DNA of 64,000 nt from an uncultured Methanosarcinaceae archaeon (GTDB lineage Archaea > Halobacteriota > Methanosarcinia > Methanosarcinales > Methanosarcinaceae), in NCBI GenBank assembly GCA_963727895.1, contig CAVSHT010000012.1, forward strand, positions 320,001-384,000, read 5' to 3'. Under the pieces are notes generated by a model, which was not told where the DNA came from, did not search any database, and saw only the letters and a program-made list of their open reading frames with translations. Every line of letters begins with the position of its first letter. The first letter of the stretch is position 1. Positions 56,645 to 64,000 of this stretch are shown in pieces. The position numbers and the translations under genes are program-made.

Positions 56645-57694
56645 TCAGGCCAGGCGAATCTTGCCTTTATGCCTGGCATACCTGGCGTAGTCAATATATA
56701 TTGGGTCTTTAATTAGTTCGGAAACCTTTGGAGCTCTGTCTCGGATTTCCTCGATCCTGTCTGTAACTGTTATGCTAAAAGCGTCAGACCCTGCTCCTGA
56801 TCCAAAGGCAGTAGCAAAAATTCGGTCTCCTGGTTTTGCCTGGTCAAGAGTCGCAGCAATTCCCATAAGACAGGAACCTGAATATGTGTTCCCGATTTTT
56901 GGAACTACAAGCCCTGGAGCAATTTGAGCTTTAGTGAAACCCAGAATCTTCGCAACCTTACTCGGAAACTTTCCATTTGGCTGGTGGAAAACCGCATAAT
57001 CATAATCTTCGGGTTTTGTTCCGAGTTTTTCCAGAAGGCCTTTTGCTCCGTTAGTGACATGCTTGAAATAACCTGGCTCTCCTGTAAAACGGCCTCCATG
57101 CTCAGGATATGGTCTTCCTTCTCTTCTCCAGAAGTCAGGGGTATCAGTTGTAAAAGAATATGTATCTTCAATTATTGCGGCAAGCTCGGATTTCTTTCTA
57201 CCTATGAGACAGGCGACACCACCTGCAGCTGCAGTGTATTCAAGAGCATCACTTGGTGCTCCCTGAGAAACATCTGCTCCTATAGCCATACCAAGGTCGA
57301 TCATCCCAGAACCTACCATTCCCATACAGGCCTGAACTGCAGCTGTTCCTGCCTTACAAGCGAATTCAAAGTCTGCTGCAGTCATATGGGGTGTCGCTCC
57401 TATAGCCTGAGCGACAATTGTGCTTGTTGGCTTAACGGCATAAGGATGACTCTCTGAACCAGTGTATACAGCCCCGATTCTTTCTGGATTGATACTACTT
57501 CTTACCATAGCATATCTTGCTGCTTCCACAGCTATAGTTGCTGTGTCTTCATCGATATCAGGCACAGATTTTTCATATACCATAAGGCCGCTTTTAAGAG
57601 CCTCGGCATTATCACCCCAGAGACGAGCGATTTCTTCTATTTTTATACGGTATCGGGGGACATAAGCACCGTAAGAAACGATTCCAATAGTCAT
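56645..57694 (-). CDS. Hydroxymethylglutaryl-CoA synthase
   Basis: [41 protein letters not shown]. Confidence 0.96.
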   Translation of the reverse strand: MTIGIVSYGAYVPRYRIKIEEIARLWGDNAEALKSGLMVYEKSVPDIDEDTATIAVEAARYAMVRSSINPERIGAVYTGSESHPYAVKPTSTIVAQAIGATPHMTAADFEFACKAGTAAVQACMGMVGSGMIDLGMAIGADVSQGAPSDALEYTAAAGGVACLIGRKKSELAAIIEDTYSFTTDTPDFWRREGRPYPEHGGRFTGEPGYFKHVTNGAKGLLEKLGTKPEDYDYAVFHQPNGKFPSKVAKILGFTKAQIAPGLVVPKIGNTYSGSCLMGIAATLDQAKPGDRIFATAFGSGAGSDAFSITVTDRIEEIRDRAPKVSELIKDPIYIDYARYARHKGKIRLA

Positions 57695-57742
57695 TATTTT
57701 CCACCTGTTTTTAGTTTTTCAGGGAGTCCGTATTAAGGGAGT

Positions 57743-58483
57743 TTATTCCCTTGCATAGTATTGACTGTATTTTTTCAGTAACAGGACAATATTATCAAGG
57801 TCCATCGTAGTTGCAATTAGGGTGATACGGTCAACTTCTGCCATTTTGACTGCAACAGGTTCAACCTCTTCTTTTCGAAGTCCATGCAATACTACAGCAC
57901 CCGGCTTAAGGTTAGTAACTCGAATAGCTACCATTGGGGATTTCCCGGTACTGACCTTTGTAAAAACCATTGCCCTGTCTGTACTCCAGCCGTAGAGTTT
58001 CTGAAACTCATGGGAAGAAAGTTCCAAGATTGCTCTCTGGCTGTCAACGATAGAGAAACCATAAAGAGGCCTTTCAACTCCTTTGTAAACGATTTCTCCT
58101 TCTATAAGGTTTACCAGTTTAGCAAGATGTATTGGGAACGTATACTCGTATGTTGAGTAGATAGATTTTGTACTGCTTTCTAAAGTGAGTATTGACTCGT
58201 AAGCATGAATTTTTTTGCTTCCCCTTTCCATGTCAATGTCAAGAATAGATTCAACAATTTTTTTAATTATCAATGTTCCTGGGGATTTTCGCCTTCCGCT
58301 TTCATAGTCACTGATAACGGAGGGAGAAACTTTAAGATAATTTGCAATATCGGTCTGGGATATTTCGAAATTCGATCTCCACTTTTTGAGCGATTCTCCC
58401 GGCTTTTCCGAGAGAGTTATATCTCCAGCCATTTTTTCTGCTAGACGATTACGCAGATTTTCTGAGGATTCATTAGATGTCAT
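57743..58483 (-). CDS. XRE-HTH transcriptional regulator (COG1709-like)
   Basis: SPSVISDYESGRRKSPG, LYGWST.RA.VFT.VSTGKSPMVAIR. Confidence 0.88.
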   Translation of the reverse strand: MTSNESSENLRNRLAEKMAGDITLSEKPGESLKKWRSNFEISQTDIANYLKVSPSVISDYESGRRKSPGTLIIKKIVESILDIDMERGSKKIHAYESILTLESSTKSIYSTYEYTFPIHLAKLVNLIEGEIVYKGVERPLYGFSIVDSQRAILELSSHEFQKLYGWSTDRAMVFTKVSTGKSPMVAIRVTNLKPGAVVLHGLRKEEVEPVAVKMAEVDRITLIATTMDLDNIVLLLKKYSQYYARE

Positions 58484-58620
58484 GACTTACGTACCTTAAG
58501 AGGAAACAGTACCATATATATTTAACGAATATGAGTTCGGCAATTGTCGCACATATTAAGATCAACTTGCTTTGAAAGCTCTCGTAAAATGTATAAGACT
58601 TAATAAAGTATTATTAACTG

Positions 58621-59439
58621 ATGTCAGTCGAGTTACTAAATAAAGAGATAAACGTCTCAGACATTGTTTTATATCTCAATTGCCCGAGGAAAGTGTACTT
58701 TGTCAGTCGTGGTTTTGAATTGTGTTTAGAAGTGACTGCCTCCAGAATCTAAAAAATAATCTTAAAAGAGCTTTCCCTGAATTATCCTGAAATTGTGAAG
58801 GAGTGTTCGTTAAATGCCGATAACCTCCTTAAAGAGCTTGAGATATCTGTGACAAGGGTATGTACAGATCTTCCGCTCTTGTTTCCGCGAGAACTTGCAG
58901 GTGTTGCAAGGGAGATTTATGAAGAGGGAGAAGAGCGGGCAAGAGCTAAAATTCCTGAAATTGCAACTAACCTTCTGGAAGCTCTTAAAGAATATGGGAA
59001 AGAACCTATGCTTGCGGCACTCACTCCTGTTAAGACTGAACCATTTCTTTCCTCAAAAAGACTTAGCCTTAAAGGTATTCCATCAAAACTCGTTTGCTTT
59101 GAAGGTTTGTAGGTTCCATCAATCTTAAAGCCTGGAAGCTGTCCTGAACAGGGAGTATGGACTTCGGACCGAATACATGCCGCAGCTTTTATTCTTCTTC
59201 TTGAAGCCGAAAATGGAAAAGAGGTTCCTTTTGCCTTTGTAGAGTATGTGAGTTTTGGTCTGCTTCGACGAGTAGTTATTCGAAGTTCAGATAGACGGGA
59301 AGTGCTCAAAATCTGCAGGCAAGTGGAGAAAATAAAAGCCGGATTGATGCCTGAGAGAAAAGAAGATAAATTCTGTAAAGAATGCAACTTTTCAGAACAT
59401 TGTGCTCCAGATTCTTCTCTTATGTCAAAGTTTTTCTGA
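58621..59439 (+). pseudogene. Stand-alone Cas4/RecB-like protein with in-frame TAA (58750) and TAG (59110)
   Basis: One continuous frame: INVSDIVLYLNCPRKVYF ... GVWTSDRIHAAAFILLLE ... VEY ... CKECNFSEHC (1+3 Cys Fe-S pattern). Confidence 0.8.
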
Positions 59440-59560
59440 GTAGGGATACGGTGAAAAAAATTGTAGTATAAAAATAAGATGAATAAGAAAAGGAAAAGAA
59501 ACAAAAAACAAATTTCTAAGACACAAATTTTTGAGTTTTAATTTTTAAAAAGGTTGTGTT

Positions 59561-59848
59561 TTAGCGCAAAACCTCCACCTTGAGTCCTTTTTTCGAGCCT
59601 ACTTCAGTATTATATAATCTGGCTGCGATACGCCCTATGAAGTATCCAGATACTCCATAAAATACAGGCAGGCTTAAAACAGCCCATTTTCCGAAAATCA
59701 AGGAAAAAATTCCGAATTTTTTCGGCATCGAAAATCCCATCAAAGCGGCAATTGTTGTGACGAATCCGAAAACGAGACCCATTGTCCCGTGAACGATCAA
59801 AAGAGATTTCCCGAATTCGACAGAATCAATTTCTTTTATAACTACCAT
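59561..59848 (-). CDS. Small membrane protein (DUF3566-like)
   Basis: IKEIDSVEFGK start, two TMs, LYN...G..GLKVE end. Confidence 0.65.
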   Translation of the reverse strand: MVVIKEIDSVEFGKSLLIVHGTMGLVFGFVTTIAALMGFSMPKKFGIFSLIFGKWAVLSLPVFYGVSGYFIGRIAARLYNTEVGSKKGLKVEVLR

Positions 59849-59957
59849 GACGTTCCCCCAATACATTATATTTTATTTATATTATATAATCATGGCACTA
59901 TTATTTTTGGAATACCGTTTAAAGGAATTTTTGCTCAAGCTTTTTTTTAAAAATATT

Positions 59958-60696
59958 GGCTTTGATACTTAAACATAGTTATGTACTATTAGAAAGTATA
60001 TTTCTTCATTAACTGCCCAAAATGTAATAGTTCCAGTCACAAAAAGAACGGTATAGTTGGCGGGCGTCAACGCTACAAATGCCATGATTGTGGCTATAAC
60101 TATACAGTAGAGCTAAAATCAACTGCTTTTTCCGCTTCTGTAAAAAGACAGGCTTTACAACTCTATCTTGAAGGATTGGGCTTTCGTTCAATAGGAAGAG
60201 TTTTAGGGGTGAGTCATGTTTCTGTCCAAAAATGGATAAAGAAATTTGGTCAGGAGTTAGAGGACCTAAAAAGTGAAAATGAGATATCTATTGTTGAAAT
60301 GGATAAAATGCACACTTACATCGGTAACAAAAAAAATATTGCTGGATCTGGATTGCTATTGATAGAGTTGGGAAAAAGTTCATCAACTGCTCTTTTGGTA
60401 GCAGAGGAACGGAAACTGGAAAACTACTCTGGGAAAAATTGAAGAAAAAGAGATCGGAGAAGTGATGACAGATCACTGGAGGGCATATGCAGAGTTTCTT
60501 CCAGAAAAGATCCATACTCAATCAAAAGCAGAAACGTATACTGTTGAAGGATATAACAGCATATTGAGGCACTTTCTGGCAAGGTTGAGAAGAAAGACAA
60601 AGTGTTATAAAAAAAGTCTTGAAATGCTAAAGTACTAGGTTATTCTATTGATGAAATAAAGAAAGAAAGAACTAGATATAGTTAAGTAACAATACC
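59958..60696 (+). mobile_element. IS1-family element, copy 3 (739 bp, inactive, no matching TSD)
   Basis: Both TIRs present; ATG changed to ATT, 1-bp deletion near 60450, TAG at 60636; flanks AAAATATT vs GTATTATG. Confidence 0.94.
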
Positions 60697-60704
60697 GTAT
60701 TATG

Positions 60705-61445
60705 GGCATTGTTAACTAAATATATCTAGTTCTTTATTTCTTTATTTCATCAATAGAATAACCGAGTACTTTAGCATTTCAAGACTTTTTTTATAACACT
60801 TTGTCTTTCTTCTCAACCTTGCTAGAAAATGCCTCAATATGCTGTTATATCCTTCAACTGTAACTGTTTCTGCTTTGGATTGAGTATGGATCTTTTCTGG
60901 AAGAAACTCTGCATATGCCCTCCAGTGATCTGTCATCACTTCTCCGATCTCTTTTTTCTTCACTTTTTCCCAGAGTAGTTTTCCAGTTTCTGTTCCTCTG
61001 CTACCAAAAGAGCAGTTGATGAACTTTTTCCCAACTCTATCAACAGCAATCCAGATCCAGACATATTTTTTTTTGTTACCAATGTAAGTGTGCATCTCAT
61101 CCATTTCAACAATAGATATCTCATTTTCGCTTTTTAGAGCCTCCAACTCCTTACCAAATTTCTTGATCCATTTTTGGACAGAAACATGACTCACCCCTAA
61201 AAACCGCCCTATTGAGCGAAAGCCCAATCCTTCAAGATAGAGTTGTAAAGCCTGTTTTTTGACATAAGTGGAAAAAGCAGTTGATTTTAACTCTACTGTA
61301 TAGTTATATCCACAATCATAGCATTTGTAGCGTTGACGACCACCAACTATACCATTCTTTTTGTGACTGGAACTATTGCATCTGGGGCAGTTCATGAAGA
61401 AATAGAGGTTCTCATAATAAATAACTATAGTTAATTATCAAAGCC
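60705..61445 (-). mobile_element. IS1-family element, copy 4 (741 bp) with single-frame 217-aa transposase (60742-61395)
   Basis: TSD GTATTATG (60697-60704, 61446-61453); A9 instead of A8 at the frameshift site. Confidence 0.95.
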
Positions 61446-61795
61446 GTATTATGATGTGGTTTTGATTGATATGCCTTATGAAATATATTTTTGAATTTTA
61501 TTTCCATTGTATTAATTGCTGCCAGCAGTTCGATTTGCACTCTCTGCTCATCTGTCAGGTCGTGCTTTTGCTTATCTAATTTTCGAGCAATATCACTAAG
61601 AAATTCTTCATACGATTTTTCTACTTGTTTAGGAGCTTTTACTGGCTTTGCAGACTTTACAGACTTAGCTACCGGCTTGAAAGGTTGCTTGACAGGTTTT
61701 AGAATTTTTACTCTGCAACTATTGAAGTAGTAGTCGTTCGAGTTTTTTCTATAATGAAAATGCCAGCTGCCACATTCTGGGCAAACTTTGACCAT
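61446..61795 (-). pseudogene. Zinc-ribbon-like protein truncated by IS copy 4
   Basis: MVKVCPECGSWHFHYRK...YYFNSC, Lys/Pro-rich linker; ORF runs into the IS end. Confidence 0.55.
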
Positions 61796-61800
61796 CAATA

Positions 61801-62237
61801 TCACAACCTAAACTTACTTTCGATAAATTTAGGCTCAAAAGCTCTTACTTGTCCTCTAGCACGCTTGCATACAGCCTGAATATCCATTAAAGTGATTTTT
61901 TCAGGCTTTTTTGCTATTTTAGGGGATATTTTATGCTCTTTTACTTGCTCTTTTGCTGGGTACGGCTCGTCAGGGAAGAAATATTCTATAGGGCTTCTCG
62001 TATCACTTGTATGGCGCTGCAGCCCTTAATACAAGCATATGTTTTAATTTGCTGCTCCAACAAAGGAGAAATTTTATGTCCACTCAATCTTTTTTGCTGT
62101 TCCAACTCTGGCAAGAAATGTGCCCATAGAATGGCGTTCACAATTTGCGTTCTTATGACGTTGTGCTGTTCGCAATATTGATTTGGTTCGTTCGAGAGCC
62201 GCAGCTGCTTTAAAAGTGCAAAATTATAAATGGACAT
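61801..62237 (-). pseudogene. Tandem RHH-like protein, frameshifted at about 61990
   Basis: QYCEQHNVIRTQIVNAILWAHFLPE and SPLLEQQIKTYACIKGCSAIQVIREA; the shifted frame continues IEYFFPDEPYP...KFRL to TGA at 61801. Confidence 0.5.
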
Positions 62238-62241
62238 ACTA

Positions 62242-62577
62242 TCACTCGCCCCTCAGATATGCTGAACTTCCGCCGTCAAGCGAATTTTCAACATCATTTG
62301 TTGATGCTATTTCGTTTTTTGATATGAGCAGATATTTGCAAAGAATTGCGCGTTCGATAAAAATCATGTTGTAAATCCCGCCATCGATATGACTACGATA
62401 ATATTCGACCCCAGCGGCAATTTTTGTTCGCAGTGTGTCAATGTCAGGTAGTGGCTCACTCGGGTAGAGTGCGAACCACAGCACCTCGGTTGCCCGACTT
62501 CGTGAGATTTGATGCTCTTTTGCATATTGATCAACCGCGGCAGTTAGCTGTGGAGGTACATAATCGAGATTATACAT
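62242..62577 (-). CDS. Hypothetical protein with N-terminal RHH-like motif
   Basis: VPPQLTAAVDQYAKEHQISRSRATEVLW; GGAGGTGA upstream of ATG at 62577. Confidence 0.6.
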   Translation of the reverse strand: MYNLDYVPPQLTAAVDQYAKEHQISRSRATEVLWFALYPSEPLPDIDTLRTKIAAGVEYYRSHIDGGIYNMIFIERAILCKYLLISKNEIASTNDVENSLDGGSSAYLRGE

Positions 62578-63474
62578 TTGTATCACCTCCAAACATCTCT
62601 AAAATTAGGTCGTTGAGCCATCCGCTACGACTGTCAATGCCTCGCTCTCTATCAATAATTGCTATGACCGCAGGGTCAAATGAAAGCGAAGTATTAATTT
62701 TTTGGCATTGTTACTTAACTATATCTAGTTCTTTATTTCTGTATTTCATCAATAGAATAACCGAGTACTTTAGCATTTCAAGACTTTTTGTATAACACTT
62801 TGTCTTTCTTCTCAACCTTGCCAAAAAGTGCTTCAATATGCTGTTATATCCTTCAACAGTATACGTTTCTGCTTTTGATTGAGTATGGATCTTTTCTGGA
62901 AGAAACTCTGCATATGCCCTCCAGTGATCTGTCATCACTTCTCCAATGTCTTTTTTCTTCACTTTTTCCCAGAGTAGTTTTCCAGTTTCTGTTCCTCTGC
63001 TGCCAAAAGAGCAGTTGATAAACTTTTTCCCAACTCTATCAACAGCAATCCAGATCCAGCAATATTTTTTTTGTTACCGATGTAAGTGTGCATTTCATCC
63101 ATTTCAACAATAGATATCTCATTTTCACTTTTTAGGTCCTCTAACTCCTGACCAAATTTCTTTATCCATCTTTGGACAGAAACATGACTCACCCCTAAAA
63201 CTCTTCCTATTGAACGAAAGCCCAATCTTTCAAGGTAAAGTTGTAAAGCCTGTCTTTTAACAGAGGCGGAAAAAGCAGTTGATTTTAGCTCTACTGTATA
63301 GTTATATCCACAATCAGAGCATTTGTAGCGTTGACGCCCGCCAACTATACCATTATTTTTGTGATTAGAACTATTGCATCTGGGGCAGTTTGAAGAAATA
63401 TACTTTCTAATAGTACATAACTATGTTTAAGTATCAAAGCCAATATTTTTATTTGGATTGATAGCTCTAACCAT
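62570..63474 (-). pseudogene. 52-aa CopG/RHH-like gene interrupted by IS copy 5
   Basis: Removing 62704-63441 and one TSD restores MVRAINPNKNINTSLSFDPAVIAIIDRERGIDSRSGWLNDLILEMFGGDTNV, with GAGGGA upstream. Confidence 0.75.
62704..63441 (-). mobile_element. IS1-family element, copy 5 (738 bp, start codon deleted)
   Basis: TIRs present; TSD AATTTTTT / AATATTTT (7 of 8 match); 2-nt deletion removes the ATG; full-length C-terminus. Confidence 0.94.
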
Positions 63475-63562
63475 TATATATCCCTCTGTATAATTTTCAA
63501 AAATTTTGGCAGTGTGTTGTAGCTATCACACTTTGGGCAGGCTTTGACTGTTTTAAGCTCGG

Positions 63563-64000
63563 TCATATTGATTCACCAACATATTTTGATTCAAAAAAGC
63601 GATTATAGTGGAGTGGTAGTTCTGGAGGTCTTGATGATTCTGACTTTATACAAAAGGTACGAGTTCTAAAACCACCGTTCCCTCCTCTACCATAATCGTG
63701 GAAATATATGCCTTTATCAATACCATCTTCTATGAGAACGATTTTGTCAAGATGTTGAAAATAAACCAATTCACATGCTATGTCATGTATTATATCAAAT
63801 TTAGTCGATGTTGGTTCTGATTCATCTCTGATATTATCGATCTCATTCTGTATATTGGACTCTCGATGATAGCAACTTTCACAAGGTGCTTTATATATCT
63901 GAACAAGGCGTTCAAATATATCATCGTCATAAAAAGTTCGATGTGTCCAGTCTGTTACTTCATATCGTTCATACGGATCACTATTAGTATTCTCAACATT
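63563..64000 (-). CDS. Hypothetical protein, 5'-partial (frame open to the window edge)
   Basis: No stop from 64000 to 63566: NVENTNSDPYERYEVTDWTHRTFYDDDIFERLVQIYKAPCESCYHRE...VYFQHLDK...VGESI. Confidence 0.65.
   Translation of the reverse strand, partial: NVENTNSDPYERYEVTDWTHRTFYDDDIFERLVQIYKAPCESCYHRESNIQNEIDNIRDESEPTSTKFDIIHDIACELVYFQHLDKIVLIEDGIDKGIYFHDYGRGGNGGFRTRTFCIKSESSRPPELPLHYNRFFESKYVGESI

Noticed and set aside
55048..57694. Thiolase/HMG-CoA synthase/DUF35 cluster as a new system
   Set aside because: Well-described archaeal mevalonate-pathway complex
58917..59504. 195-aa minus-strand ORF
   Set aside because: Antisense shadow of the Cas4-like pseudogene; no motifs
59948..63451. 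Composite transposon bounded by IS copies 3 and 5
   Set aside because: Outer flanks are inverted rather than direct 8-bp repeats, and copy 5 has its own TSD whose removal restores a gene, so it inserted independently

Overview
Archaeal chromosomal window, almost certainly Methanosarcina (gene content and order, low GC, methanogenesis markers). Core content: the methyl-coenzyme M reductase activation cluster (atwA/A2, mmp3, mmp6, mmp5, mmp15, mmp17, mmp7, followed by a CMD-family gene) plus a second A2 paralog without the Cys4 zinc motif; purine genes (purB, frameshifted purC, purL); lipid genes (GGGP synthase, HMG-CoA synthase/thiolase/DUF35); translation genes (rpl40e missed by the ORF track, aIF5A with agmatinase, aIF1, serS, metG, SRP RNA, tRNA-Ser(GCT)); and a GH57-GH57-ACT/V4R-GH15 alpha-glucan operon. 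There are clear signs of decay and mobility: five ~740-bp IS1-family copies with 8-bp target duplications (one with a pre-fused transposase frame), pseudogenes (Kef antiporter, Cas4-like, lectin-PKD), a 50-bp inverted repeat pair bracketing purL with an attached 14-bp VNTR, palindromic 25-bp tandem repeats, and at the right end an IS-riddled cassette of ribbon-helix-helix genes that looks like the edge of an integrated plasmid or virus. All family assignments are from motif recognition by eye; no searches were run.
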